Part shown: positions 1-10,363 of the stretch, piece after piece | Layout: each line of letters starts with the position of its first letter | Numbering within the stretch: position 1 is the stretch's first letter | DNA from: Campylobacterota bacterium | Lineage (GTDB): Bacteria > Campylobacterota > Campylobacteria > Campylobacterales > Nitratiruptoraceae | Direction: 5' to 3' | Length of the DNA: 64,000 nucleotides | NCBI GenBank assembly: GCA_009659895.1 | Contig: PUXX01000042.1 | Location: 4,209-68,208 of the forward strand | Translations under genes and position numbers: made by a program | The notes under the pieces: model-generated | The model's input: the letters and a program-made list of their open reading frames with translations, nothing else | Database searches by the model: none | Told to the model about the DNA's origin: nothing

Positions 1-338
1 GGCATTGGGGCTAGGGCCGATGGAGAGATCTTGCGCCTGCCTCATGCCAATATGATCATCAAATTTGGCTGCAACGGCCTTGAGGCTGTATTGATCTACC
101 TTGCGGGAGTTCTTGCCTATCCTGCTCCCTGGAGGAGCAACTCTTTTGGGGTGGAGTGGGAGTTATCCTCCTAGAGCTCATCAATCTAGCCAGAATCACG
201 CTGCTAGCGTGGGTCATTGAGCGTTATCCCAGGCAGTTTGATCTGATGCATGACTATATCACCCAGAGCATCATGATCGTCCTGGCCTTCTTGCTCTTTT
301 TGCTCTATCTTCAAAGGATCGAAGGTGCAAAGAGGTAG
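1..338 (+). pseudogene. Exosortase/archaeosortase family transpeptidase (XrtH-like), 5'-truncated by the window edge, with an apparent 1-nt frameshift near 139-140
   Basis: Frame 1 reads ...IKFGCNGLEAVLIYLAGVLAYPAPWRS then stops at 172-174. Frame 3 continues LFWGGVGVILLELINLARITLL...MHDY. Cys (GCNG), Arg (NLARI) and His (MHD) match the exosortase catalytic triad. Confidence 0.8.
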
Positions 339-927
339 GGTCTTTACACTTTTCGTCCTCTTCATAGCTCTATTTTTGCCTCTCATAGCGGTCTGGATAG
401 AGACAAAGAGCTCCTACAACCATTCTTTGACATCGCTCGCTCTTCAAGGAATATCCAGAAGCTATGATCTTGCAATCGAGCGATCACGACCAGCCAAAGA
501 GGGACAAATCTTCACCCTCTCCAACACCATTCCAATGATCGACGATAGTGGCAAAAGAAGAGATTTTACTTTTGAGGTCACGATCGATATGGAGGCGATC
601 ACGTTCAACCTCCCAATGACGCTGGCGCTCCTGATCGCTATCGTAGCTATCTTTGGGGCAAAGAGATGGGAGATAGTAGCCTATGGTCTTGGACTGTTAC
701 TCATGCTCCATCTCATATCCATAGCGCTCTTTATCCTATGCACGCTCACTCAGATCTCAAAAGCCAATCCATATCTGGCCTTCTATCTTGGGCGCCACTA
801 CCTGGCCGATGGGTTTTTGTGTGCTCTCAAAGACTTTCTCATCAATTATGCTGCCAGATTTGAGCCCTTTTTGATCGCGCTGTACGCCTGGGTGGCGATC
901 CGTCGCCATCAACGCTCCAGAGGATAG
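325..927 (+). CDS. Multi-pass membrane protein, probable exosortase-associated protein
   Basis: 200 aa with an N-terminal TM, a soluble loop and further TMs (ITFNLPMTLALLIA); overlaps the exosortase stop codon. Confidence 0.6.
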   Translation: MQRGRVFTLFVLFIALFLPLIAVWIETKSSYNHSLTSLALQGISRSYDLAIERSRPAKEGQIFTLSNTIPMIDDSGKRRDFTFEVTIDMEAITFNLPMTLALLIAIVAIFGAKRWEIVAYGLGLLLMLHLISIALFILCTLTQISKANPYLAFYLGRHYLADGFLCALKDFLINYAARFEPFLIALYAWVAIRRHQRSRG

Positions 928-1271
928 CCCAGAGCCTTCCACTCCAAGATGCCTCTTTTGAGATTGTAGACGCTCTTGACCCCCCAGCTCTCAAGCCACT
1001 TGCTAGCCGAGACGCTTCTGTTGCCGCTACGGCAGTAGACCAGGACCTTTTTATCCCTGATCCCCTTGCCTCCAAGCCTAAGATATTGAAAAACCTGCAC
1101 GGGAATGAGATTGGCCCCTTTGATATGGCCTTGCATGTATTCTTGGGGCGTGCGTACATCCAATACCACCACATCCTTTTGCTTTAAAAGCTTGGCGAAT
1201 GTTTTGGCGTCCACATCCTCATAGGCAAAAAGGACCGAAAACAAGAGCGCTATGACAAAAGTGGCTCTCAT
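909..1271 (-). CDS. Exported single-domain rhodanese (sulfurtransferase)
   Basis: Signal peptide, [15 protein letters not shown], active-site loop CRSGNRS; ATGA overlap with the DAHP synthase gene. Confidence 0.9.
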   Translation of the reverse strand: MRATFVIALLFSVLFAYEDVDAKTFAKLLKQKDVVVLDVRTPQEYMQGHIKGANLIPVQVFQYLRLGGKGIRDKKVLVYCRSGNRSVSASKWLESWGVKSVYNLKRGILEWKALGYPLER

Positions 1272-2614
1272 TTGAGATCCTTGAAGGTATCCGCCACCAT
1301 AAAAGCAAGCTCCAAAGCCTGGTTGGCGTTGAGTCTTGGATCACACTGGGTATGGTAGCGACTTCTTAGGGCCTCTTCTGTGATAGAGGCGCTGATACTG
1401 CCCGTACACTCCGTCACATCGCTTCCCGTCATCTCAAGATGCATCCCGCCAGGTACGGTGCCTTCGGCCTTGTGGATCTGGATAAATTGCTTGACCTCTT
1501 CCAAAATCTTCTCAAAATCCCTGGTCTTGAGCCCCGCCTCGGTCTTGTAGGTATTGCCGTGCATCGGATCGATGCTCCAGACCACCTCTTTGCCGGCCTC
1601 CTTGACCGCTCGAAGCAGGGGCGGGAAGAGCGTTGCAATCTTTTGGGCTCCCATACGCACGATCAAGGTAAGGCGACCTGGCTCATTGTCTGGATTGAGA
1701 GCGTCGATGAGGCGCAGGAGCTCATCTGGCTTCATGGTAGGCCCCACCTTCACGCCCACGGGATTTTTGATCCCACGGAAAAACTCCACATGAGCCCCAT
1801 CGAGATCTCTGGTACGATCCCCAATCCACAAAAAGTGAGCGCTACAGTCATACCAATCACCAGTAAAGGTATCCTGCCTAGTAAGCGCCTCTTCGTAGTT
1901 GAGCAGCAGCGCCTCGTGAGAGGTATACAAAGTGGTCTGCTTGAGCTGGGGCGTATTGTCCGGATCGATCCCGCACGCCTCCATAAATCTCAGAGCCTGA
2001 GTGATCTTATCCGCAAGATCCTCAAACTTCTCCTCAAGCTCGTTGCCTTTTAAAAATTCCAGATTCCATTTATGAATGGCCCGCAGATCCGCAAAGCCTC
2101 CCCTAGCGTAGGCTCTGATGAGGTTGAGCGTGGCGGCAGATTTGTAGTAGGCCTCGATCAGTTTCTCGGGCTTTGGTACTCTAGCCTCTGGCGTGAAGTC
2201 GATGTCGTTGACGATATCCCCCCGATAGCTTGGAAGCTTCACACCACCGATCTCTTCGAAATCGCTGCTTCTGGGCTTGGCGTATTGGCCCGCTATTCGC
2301 CCGATCTTGACGACCGGCTTGCCCGTGGCGTACATCAAGACCATGTTCATCTGTAATAGGACCTTGAAAAGATTACGGATGTTTTGGGCGTTGAAGTTGG
2401 CGAAGCTCTCAGCACAATCGCCCCCTTGGAGCAAGATCGCTTCCCCTTTGGCCACCTTGGCCAAGGCTCTCTTGAGCTCCCTGGCCTCTCCGGCAAAGAT
2501 CAATGGTGGAAAGCTCCTAAGCTCTTGCTCAATCTTTTTGAGTTGTTCTTGATCCTCATACGCAGGCTGCTGCTTGATAGGAAACGCTCTCCAGCTACTT
2601 GGACTCCAGCTCAT
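1268..2614 (-). CDS. Class II DAHP synthase
   Basis: [42 protein letters not shown] motifs. Confidence 0.95.
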   Translation of the reverse strand: MSWSPSSWRAFPIKQQPAYEDQEQLKKIEQELRSFPPLIFAGEARELKRALAKVAKGEAILLQGGDCAESFANFNAQNIRNLFKVLLQMNMVLMYATGKPVVKIGRIAGQYAKPRSSDFEEIGGVKLPSYRGDIVNDIDFTPEARVPKPEKLIEAYYKSAATLNLIRAYARGGFADLRAIHKWNLEFLKGNELEEKFEDLADKITQALRFMEACGIDPDNTPQLKQTTLYTSHEALLLNYEEALTRQDTFTGDWYDCSAHFLWIGDRTRDLDGAHVEFFRGIKNPVGVKVGPTMKPDELLRLIDALNPDNEPGRLTLIVRMGAQKIATLFPPLLRAVKEAGKEVVWSIDPMHGNTYKTEAGLKTRDFEKILEEVKQFIQIHKAEGTVPGGMHLEMTGSDVTECTGSISASITEEALRSRYHTQCDPRLNANQALELAFMVADTFKDLK

Positions 2615-2644
2615 ATCGTACCTCTTTTGATAAAATTAAACGAA

Positions 2645-2653
2645 ATTATACCA
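2645..2653 (-). promoter_or_regulatory. Extended -10 promoter (TGGTATAAT) for the DAHP synthase gene
   Basis: TGnTATAAT about 30 nt upstream of the ATG. Confidence 0.6.
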
Positions 2654-2662
2654 AAAGATTCG

Positions 2663-3229
2663 CTAGACCTTGACCCTGTCGCTGATAGCTTTGGCCAAAG
2701 AGAGGGTATCGACATTCTCCAGATGGACACCTGTGGGGACACCTTGGGCGATCTTGGTAAAGAGGAGATCTAGATCTTGGAGGCGATCTTCGATGAAGAG
2801 GATCAAGGCATCATTTTGGATAGAAGGGGTAAAGGCGAAGATCAGCTCTTCTATCTCCTTTTGGAGGATGAGTTCTCGAAGCTCTTCTAGGCGTCTTTGT
2901 TCCAAAGCCTCAAAGACAAAATAAAGACCGTGATACTCTCCGCTCTCTTCGATCACCTGGATATCTTTGGCACTTTGGACAAGCAAGAGTGTAGAGCTCT
3001 CCCTCGAAGGATCGCTACAGATCCCACACAGCTCATCTTCACTGAGCCCGCCACACTGGGCACAGCGATGGACATGGCTGACCGCCTCTTCGATAGCGTG
3101 GGCTAGACGAAGGGCTGCCATAGGGCTCTCTAGCACCATATGGTAAGCCAGCCTCAAAGCGCTCTTCTTGCCGATCGTGGGGAGCGTCTCCAAGGCCTCC
3201 ACAAGCTTTTCGAACTTTTTGGACTTCAC
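2663..3229 (-). CDS. recR: Recombination mediator RecR
   Basis: LPTIGKKSALRLAYH helix-hairpin-helix, CAQC..CGIC zinc finger, Toprim-like C-terminus IAQGVPTG. Confidence 0.95.
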   Translation of the reverse strand: MKSKKFEKLVEALETLPTIGKKSALRLAYHMVLESPMAALRLAHAIEEAVSHVHRCAQCGGLSEDELCGICSDPSRESSTLLLVQSAKDIQVIEESGEYHGLYFVFEALEQRRLEELRELILQKEIEELIFAFTPSIQNDALILFIEDRLQDLDLLFTKIAQGVPTGVHLENVDTLSLAKAISDRVKV

Positions 3230-3250
3230 CTCACCCCTCTTTTTGGCGAA

Positions 3251-3259
3251 ATTATATCA
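3251..3259 (-). promoter_or_regulatory. Extended -10 promoter (TGATATAAT) for recR
   Basis: Consensus motif about 20 nt upstream of the start. Confidence 0.55.
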
Positions 3260-3335
3260 AAAATTTAATTGTTTATAACAAATCTTTTGGTACACTTTGG
3301 CAGCTTAAAACAATCTTAAAACAAGGTGGGGCCAA

Positions 3336-4460
3336 TTGGTAGATATCGACTATTACGAAGTACTCCAGATCGATCGAGAAGCAAGTTTTGAAGAGATCAA
3401 GAGAGCCTATAGAAAACTGGCTCTCAAATACCACCCGGATCGAAACCCTGGGGACAAGGAGGCTGAGGAGCGCTTCAAACTCATCAACGAGGCCTACCAG
3501 GTCCTCAGTGACGAGAACAAAAGAGCCCTTTACGACCGCTACGGCAAAGCAGGGCTTGAAGGGGAGAATTTCCAAGGCTTTAGCCACAGCAGCTATGAAG
3601 ATATCATGGACTTTTTTGAATCAGTCTTTGGCGAGGCCTTTGGCGGAGGGGGGTTTGGGCGCCAGCGCAAAAACCAGGAGAAATACCCCCTAGATCTCTC
3701 CATAGATCTGAGTATCACATTCGCCGAAGCGCTCTTTGGGACTAAAAAAGAGATCGAGTATGAGTACAAGGCCCCCTGCCAGGCCTGTAAAGGGACCGGG
3801 GCCAAAGATGGCAGACTCTCTATCTGTCCCGAATGCCACGGCAGAGGCCAGATCTACTATCGCCAAGGCTTCATGACCTTTAGCCAGACCTGTCCTAGAT
3901 GTGGAGGCAGTGGAGAGAGCGCGCAGCAAAAGTGCGGCGAATGTGGCGGGAGCGGCTATACCCTCCAAAAAGAGAAAATCACCATCGAGATCCCAGAAGG
4001 AATCGACAACGAAAACCGTATCCGTGTCCAGGCCAAAGGCAATCTCTCACCAAGTGGGCTTAGAGGAGATCTCTATATCACCATCCATGTCCAAGAGGAC
4101 GAGCACTTCGTACGCTACAACGACGATATCTATATGGAAGTGCCGGTCTTCTTCACCAAAGCTCTCCTAGGTGAGTCCATCACCATCCCTACCCCTAGAG
4201 GTGAAAGAGAGCTCAAACTCCACGTCGGCACCAAGGATAAGGAGCAGTTCGTCTTCAAAGGGGAAGGATTTAGAAATATCCATACAGGGCGCAGGGGCAA
4301 CCTCATCGCACAGATCAAGCTGATCTTTCCCAAGAAGCTCAACGACGAGCAACGAGAGCTCCTCCTCAAGCTCCAGGAGAGTTTTGGGGTAGAGAGCACA
4401 CCCCATGAGGAGAAATTCACCTCTATCTTCGAAAAGGTCAAAAGCTGGTTCAAAAAGTAG
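3336..4460 (+). CDS. dnaJ: Chaperone DnaJ
   Basis: J domain with HPD, G/F-rich region, four CxxCxGxG repeats. Confidence 0.97.
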   Translation: MVDIDYYEVLQIDREASFEEIKRAYRKLALKYHPDRNPGDKEAEERFKLINEAYQVLSDENKRALYDRYGKAGLEGENFQGFSHSSYEDIMDFFESVFGEAFGGGGFGRQRKNQEKYPLDLSIDLSITFAEALFGTKKEIEYEYKAPCQACKGTGAKDGRLSICPECHGRGQIYYRQGFMTFSQTCPRCGGSGESAQQKCGECGGSGYTLQKEKITIEIPEGIDNENRIRVQAKGNLSPSGLRGDLYITIHVQEDEHFVRYNDDIYMEVPVFFTKALLGESITIPTPRGERELKLHVGTKDKEQFVFKGEGFRNIHTGRRGNLIAQIKLIFPKKLNDEQRELLLKLQESFGVESTPHEEKFTSIFEKVKSWFKK

Positions 4461-4483
4461 GCCTAGATCTTGATATCTAGGCC
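4460..4483. terminator. Hairpin at the convergent dnaJ/ccsBA junction
   Basis: Perfect 9-bp inverted repeat GGCCTAGAT-6 nt-ATCTAGGCC. Confidence 0.5.
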
Positions 4484-7400
4484 ATATTTTCGCTTCTTGT
4501 AATAAGCTCCCAAGCTCAAGGCCACCAAAATCGCCACCGCCCAGTAGACCCACTCTGGAATAGGTACCGGATCGCCTTGGGCGTAGGAGTGGAGGCCACT
4601 GAGGTAGAAATTGACCCCAAAGTAGGTCATGATAACACTGCTATACCCCCATAGGGCCAAGACATTGTACAAAAAGAGTCTATTCATCTTGGGCACCAGT
4701 CGAATATGCTCAATTGCAGCGTAGACCAAGATAGTCACAGCAGCCCAGGTCTCCTTGGGATCCCAGCCCCAGTATCGTCCCCAGCTCTCGTTGGCCCAGA
4801 CACCTCCCAGGAAGTTTCCGATAGTCACTAGCACGAGACCGATGATGAGGCTCATCTCATTGATGTAGGTGAGCTCCTTGAAAGTGAGTGTCATCATATC
4901 CTTGTTGCTCTCATTGACGAACAAAAAGAGCAAGAGCACGATAAAGGCCAACAGCGCGCTCAATCCCAAAAATCCATAGCTAGCAGTAATGACAGAGACA
5001 TGGATCATGAGCCAGTAGGACTTGAGTACCGGCACCAGATTGGTGATCTGGGGATCAAGCCAGTTGAGATGTGCCACAAAAAGAATCAACCCACCAAGCA
5101 AGGATGTGGCAGCAAAAGCGATGGGGCTACGCTTGGCGAAGAAAAATCCGGCCAAAATGGTAGCCCAGGAGATATAGACCATCGACTCATACCCGTCACT
5201 CCATGGAGCGTGCCCCGCCACATACCAGCGCAAAGCCATACCAAAGGTCTGGACAATAAATCCCAAAGCTATGAGGACCACTCCGATCTTGACGACAGGA
5301 CCTATTGTAAATTTTGGGTTGATAAGATTGGCCAAGATCAAGATCAAAAGCACAAAACCGATGATCATGTAGTATGGCACCAGACGATTGAAGATATCTA
5401 GCTTGTTGTAGAGCAGCTCCGCTTCGATCTTGCGTTTGGGGGGCATGACCGAAGAGCCGTAGTACTTCTGAAAATCTGCGATCACATCCAAGGACTTGTC
5501 AGCCTTGCTCCAGTCTCCGCTTTGGATCGCTTCATCCACATTTTGAAAATAGCTGGCCATGATGAGGCGCACCAGCTCCGACTCCTTTTTGGGAAAGCTC
5601 TGGATCGCCTCTACGGGAGAGACCCACTTGCCATGCTTGTCATAGGGATTTGGGATGATACGAAGCAGAGCTCCTGTATAGACCATATAGGCGACATTGA
5701 CCCTCTCGTCGACCTTGAGCACCTCTTTATCAAGCTGGCTTCTTGCAGCCGGCTTCTTGGCCACCGCCTCTTGGACCAGCCTGGAGAGCTTGTAGGGATC
5801 ACTCTTGTTGTAGTCGAAAAAGTCCTCAAAAGAGGCATATTTTTCCTTTGATTCCAGCCCCAGAAGTTTCTTGAGATAGGGGTGATGGACATAGATCATC
5901 TTGATCTTTTGAAAGATCTCGGGCTTTATGGTCATACCCAAAAAGTACTGATTGGCATTGAGACCATAGAGCTCCTCTTTCTTGGCTACCTTGGCCAGGA
6001 CCTGACGGCTGAGGGTATCGACAGGCTCGATACGTCCGCCACTATCTTGGACCAAGATCTTAGCACCGAAACGATCGGCGTGCTCTTGGGAGATCTTCTT
6101 GGCTAGATCCAAAGGATCGGCATGGGAGTTCAAGCCAAATAAGAAGATCCCAAGGATAAAGGATTTGAGGAGCATGCTCTGGCGCTGTTCCTGGACCTTT
6201 TTGGTCAGTCTAGCCAGCTTTTGGAAGCGGCTTTGGGGCATGAAAAAGTGCAAGATCATCCCCAAAGCCATCAAGAAGTAGCCAATATAGGTGATGATGG
6301 TGCCAGGATCGTGGTTGACAGAGAGGATCGTCCCCTTCTCATCCATATCGTAAGAGCTTTGAAAGAAGCGAAACCCCTTATAATCTAGCACATGGTTCAT
6401 ATAGATCCTATAATCGAAGCTCCTGTTGCCATCGATCACCTTCACTTCACTAGCATAAGAGCTAGGACTCATCGATCCGGGATAGCGCTCTAGCTGAAAA
6501 TCTTTGAGATAGAGAGAAAAGGGGAGCCTGATGCGTTTGGCACCATAGGCTACAGCCACCTCCTTGCTTCCTAGATCGATCCGTACCGGCTCACCCTCCT
6601 GGCCACTCTTGCCAAAGAGTACCACCTCTTTGCTCTGGTTGGCATCACGGATCGCAAGAATCAAAGCGTCTTTGAATCTGCTCTGCTTGGCCATGGGATC
6701 GACGCTTTTGAGCTCCTTCTTGGCTTTTGGGTAGTAGTTTTTGAGCACCAGATTGAGTCCGGCGATGGTATGGAGTCTCCCTTTTTCAAAGGGGATGGGC
6801 TGATTGGGAGGATACTGGGCACTGCTCATATCCTCCATCTTCATCGTCTTTATCGGATAGGGGGCCTTGAGAAAGAGCCTGCCATCTCTTTCGGTGATGG
6901 CGATGATCGGCTTTTGGCTTGTAAGATTTCGATCAAAGGTGATCAGCGCATCACCAATATCCAAGCTCTCCCCTTTTTTGAGTATCTTTTGCACCCGGCC
7001 ACTTCCATTGGAGAGGACCAGCTCTACATAGGGCTCGCCATCTTTTGAAGGTATCAGCTCATAGGTGGCGTTGGGCACATAACCCTTAAGCTCCACCTCC
7101 ACATTCTCATCGCCGATCGTAATATCACGTCTCCAGCGATTTTTTGAGAGCTTGGAGAGATAGAGAGGCTCCTGGTAGCTATAGATCTTGCCATCTTTTT
7201 TGATATCTATTTGCATGTAGTTTCTAGCTGAGAGCATAGTGTCGCTAGAGGAGCCTTCACGAATATGCATCGTCCCCTCATAGCCAAAATAGCGCGTGAT
7301 CGCCGCACCAAGCAAAATGATTAAAAAAGCCAGGTGAAAGAGTCCGGTAAAGAATTTCTCTTTTCGAAAAAGTCGAAATTTGAAGATATTGTACAAAAGA

Positions 7401-7567
7401 TTGAGTGAGAGCAGCACCAGCAAGATCTCAAACCATCTGGCGGTATAGACCTCAGCCCATGCCGTCTGGGTACCGTAGTCGTTTTCTATAAAGGTGGCCA
7501 CACCGATACTCGCGGCGAAAATGAGCATCATAATCACCGCCGACTTCATCGAAAAGAACCATTTCAT
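4463..7567 (-). CDS. ccsBA: Fused cytochrome c synthase CcsBA (system II)
   Basis: ResB-like N-terminus (FHLAF, large periplasmic domain) plus CcsA WWD domain GGVWANESWGRYWGWDPKETW and GLHSY. Confidence 0.93.
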   Translation of the reverse strand: MKWFFSMKSAVIMMLIFAASIGVATFIENDYGTQTAWAEVYTARWFEILLVLLSLNLLYNIFKFRLFRKEKFFTGLFHLAFLIILLGAAITRYFGYEGTMHIREGSSSDTMLSARNYMQIDIKKDGKIYSYQEPLYLSKLSKNRWRRDITIGDENVEVELKGYVPNATYELIPSKDGEPYVELVLSNGSGRVQKILKKGESLDIGDALITFDRNLTSQKPIIAITERDGRLFLKAPYPIKTMKMEDMSSAQYPPNQPIPFEKGRLHTIAGLNLVLKNYYPKAKKELKSVDPMAKQSRFKDALILAIRDANQSKEVVLFGKSGQEGEPVRIDLGSKEVAVAYGAKRIRLPFSLYLKDFQLERYPGSMSPSSYASEVKVIDGNRSFDYRIYMNHVLDYKGFRFFQSSYDMDEKGTILSVNHDPGTIITYIGYFLMALGMILHFFMPQSRFQKLARLTKKVQEQRQSMLLKSFILGIFLFGLNSHADPLDLAKKISQEHADRFGAKILVQDSGGRIEPVDTLSRQVLAKVAKKEELYGLNANQYFLGMTIKPEIFQKIKMIYVHHPYLKKLLGLESKEKYASFEDFFDYNKSDPYKLSRLVQEAVAKKPAARSQLDKEVLKVDERVNVAYMVYTGALLRIIPNPYDKHGKWVSPVEAIQSFPKKESELVRLIMASYFQNVDEAIQSGDWSKADKSLDVIADFQKYYGSSVMPPKRKIEAELLYNKLDIFNRLVPYYMIIGFVLLILILANLINPKFTIGPVVKIGVVLIALGFIVQTFGMALRWYVAGHAPWSDGYESMVYISWATILAGFFFAKRSPIAFAATSLLGGLILFVAHLNWLDPQITNLVPVLKSYWLMIHVSVITASYGFLGLSALLAFIVLLLFLFVNESNKDMMTLTFKELTYINEMSLIIGLVLVTIGNFLGGVWANESWGRYWGWDPKETWAAVTILVYAAIEHIRLVPKMNRLFLYNVLALWGYSSVIMTYFGVNFYLSGLHSYAQGDPVPIPEWVYWAVAILVALSLGAYYKKRKYGLDIKI

Positions 7568-7655
7568 AGACTACCTTTTTTCATTAAATTGATGCATTGT
7601 AGTATAGATCATAAAAAAAATTTGTCTCAATTTTCATTTAATCTTATTTTTTTAT

Positions 7656-10313
7656 CTACTTCAAATCTCCCCACCGATCGGCAATCCCCACGGAACACTT
7701 GATCGGGACTCTGAGGGGATAGATCTGCTCCATGATACGCCGAAACTCCTGTGCCAGCTCTTCTACGTAGGGCTCTTGGATCTCAAAGATCAGCTCATCG
7801 TGGATCTGCAAGAGCATCCTGGCCTCCAGTCCCTCCTCCTGGATACGTCTGTGGATCTTGAGCATCGCCATCTTGATCAGATCGGCTGCGCTTCCTTGGA
7901 AGACGGTATTGGTAGCTTCTCTCAAGAAGGCTGCCAGCTGGGCTCCCGAGGCAGAAGCAAAATCAAAATAGCGTCTGCGTCTCAAAAGTGTCTCCACATA
8001 GCCTTCCCTTTTGGCAAACTCCTCTATAGAGGCTAGGTACTCCCTGACACTTGGAAAAGAGGTGAAATAGCTTTCGATGATCTCCTTGGCCTCTTTGGTC
8101 GATATTCCTAGAGTCTGGGCCAGCTTACGACTCCCCATCCCATAGATAAGACCAAAATTGATGCTCTTGGCGATATTGCGCTTCTTATGGGCATCCTGAC
8201 CAAAAAGTCTCAAAGCTGTCTGCATATGGATATCCCTATCTTGCCCAAAAGCCTCCACCAAAGCGGGATCCTGGCTAAAATGGGCCAGAAGACGCAGCTC
8301 TATTTGGGAGTAGTCGATCCCAACTAGCTTATACCCCTCCTTGGCTACGAAACCGTAGCGGATCTGTCTGCCCACATCGGTCTTGATGGGGATATTTTGG
8401 AGGTTTGGATTTTTGCTAGAGAGCCTGCCAGTCGCCGTGCCTGTTTGTAAAAAGGTGGTATAGATACGGTGATCGGGCTCTTGTTTGGCCAATACCAGGA
8501 GCGGATCGATGTAGGTGGATTTGAGTTTGAAGAGCTCTCGGTACTCCAAGATAGCTGGAATGATGGGATGCTTCTCTTTAAGTGCGGCCAAAGTAGCCTC
8601 GTTGGTGCTATAGCCCGTCTTGGTCCGTCTTAGAGGTGGAAGAGCGAGTCTTTCAAAGAGGATCGATCCTAGCTGCTTGGTCGAGTTGATATTGAACTCC
8701 CCGCCGGCTAGCTCATAGATCTGGATTGTAAGCTCTTCTAGTTTTTGGGCTGTCTTCTCCTTGAGCTTCTCAAAAAACTCCACATCGACCTTGATACCGG
8801 CTCTCTCCATACCGATCAAGACATTGACAAAAGGATACTCCACCTCTTTGGCCTCATCGATCAGATGGGCGGCTCCTTGGGCTTTGAGGCGATCGAGGAG
8901 CCGAAAGTAGAGTCGATAGGTGATCAAAGCATCCTCGGCCGCATATCTTGTGGCCTGATCGATAGGCACGGCGCTAAAATCCTCTCCTCTCTTGACCGTC
9001 TGGGCATAGGTGATCATCTCATGATCCAAATAGCGCTTAGCCACACTGTCCAATCCCACCGGGCTTTGAGGATCGACAAGCCAAGCTAGCAGCATCGTGT
9101 CGATAAACCTCTCTTGCTTGGGTAGCCCCAGACAATAGAGCAAAGAGAGATCGAATTTGAGATTGTGCCCTATGACGGTATAATCAAAAAGCTTCTTGAT
9201 AGCCTCCATAGCATCCTGGAAGTCGACCTGCTCCCCTACTCCAAGATAGCTGTGGGCTACCGGCACATAGTAGGCCCTAGAGGGCTCAAAAGCGAAACTA
9301 AACCCTACAAGCCTGGCCTCCTTGGTATCTAGCGACGTCGTCTCCGTATCAAAACTCACGAGTGCCCCCTCTGGGATAGATGAGAGGATCTTTTGCAGAT
9401 CCTCGCTCTTTGAGAGTGTGACCGCCTCAAATTCGACCGACTCTTTTTGGATGAGAGGAGCTGTTTTGATCTTTTTTAAAATGGCGGTAATATCGTATCG
9501 AATCAGATCATCGGCTATTTTGATGATAGGATTGATCGATGGGGTCTTGAAACGCTCTAGATCACACGATTCAAACAGATCGTCTCGAAGCGCTACTAGC
9601 TTCTTGCTCAAAAAGGCGTTTGGCTTGCCATCTTCTAAAAGCTTTCGCACTCTTGGAGGCTCCACCTCATCGATATGGCGATAGATCCCCTCCAGGCTCT
9701 CAAATCGCTCCAAAAGTTTCACAGCTGTCTTTGGCCCGATACCACGCACACCCGGTATGTTGTCTGAGCTGTCTCCCACGAGGGCTAGATAGTCTTGGAT
9801 CTTGGAGGCAGGCACTCCAAACTTCTTGTAAGCTCCCTCCTCATCGATCTCCACACGCTTGATAGGATCATAGATCACCACCTTGTCATCTTCGATGAGC
9901 TGATAGAGGTCTTTGTCGTGGCTGACGATCTTGACCCGTACACCAGCCTCCTTGGCGCATTTGGTCACAGAAGCGATAATGTCATCCGCCTCAAACCCCT
10001 CCTTGCTCAAAGCGCTCAACCCCATCTTCTCAATCCACTCAATAGCGACAGGAAGCTGGACTTTGAGATCTTGGGGAGGCTCCGGGCGCTGGGCCTTGTA
10101 GTTTGGATCGATGGATGAGCGAAAACTTGGCCCCTCACTATCCAGGGCGAAGAGGATATAGTCACTCCCCTCCTCACTTATCAAAGTATTGAGAAAGTTC
10201 AAAAATCCTGTAAGCAGTCCCGTAGGAAAACCCTCTTTGCTCTTTAGCGGTGGCAGGGCATAGAAACTGCGAAAGAAGAAACCAAAAGTATCTACGATCG
10301 TGAGCGTCTTCAT
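7656..10313 (-). CDS. polA: DNA polymerase I
   Basis: 5'-3' exonuclease (EADDII, GDSSDNIPGV), FDTETT, polymerase motifs DYSQIELR, KSINFGLIYG, QIHDEL; start placed at MKTLTIVD. Confidence 0.97.
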   Translation of the reverse strand: MKTLTIVDTFGFFFRSFYALPPLKSKEGFPTGLLTGFLNFLNTLISEEGSDYILFALDSEGPSFRSSIDPNYKAQRPEPPQDLKVQLPVAIEWIEKMGLSALSKEGFEADDIIASVTKCAKEAGVRVKIVSHDKDLYQLIEDDKVVIYDPIKRVEIDEEGAYKKFGVPASKIQDYLALVGDSSDNIPGVRGIGPKTAVKLLERFESLEGIYRHIDEVEPPRVRKLLEDGKPNAFLSKKLVALRDDLFESCDLERFKTPSINPIIKIADDLIRYDITAILKKIKTAPLIQKESVEFEAVTLSKSEDLQKILSSIPEGALVSFDTETTSLDTKEARLVGFSFAFEPSRAYYVPVAHSYLGVGEQVDFQDAMEAIKKLFDYTVIGHNLKFDLSLLYCLGLPKQERFIDTMLLAWLVDPQSPVGLDSVAKRYLDHEMITYAQTVKRGEDFSAVPIDQATRYAAEDALITYRLYFRLLDRLKAQGAAHLIDEAKEVEYPFVNVLIGMERAGIKVDVEFFEKLKEKTAQKLEELTIQIYELAGGEFNINSTKQLGSILFERLALPPLRRTKTGYSTNEATLAALKEKHPIIPAILEYRELFKLKSTYIDPLLVLAKQEPDHRIYTTFLQTGTATGRLSSKNPNLQNIPIKTDVGRQIRYGFVAKEGYKLVGIDYSQIELRLLAHFSQDPALVEAFGQDRDIHMQTALRLFGQDAHKKRNIAKSINFGLIYGMGSRKLAQTLGISTKEAKEIIESYFTSFPSVREYLASIEEFAKREGYVETLLRRRRYFDFASASGAQLAAFLREATNTVFQGSAADLIKMAMLKIHRRIQEEGLEARMLLQIHDELIFEIQEPYVEELAQEFRRIMEQIYPLRVPIKCSVGIADRWGDLK

Positions 10314-10363
10314 CCAAGACCTTTTTTGAGTATAATTGTAATCAAATTTCTCAAAGGAAGACA

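Noticed and set aside
3230-3335. CIRCE or HAIR heat-shock operator upstream of dnaJ
   Set aside because: No matching inverted repeat seen
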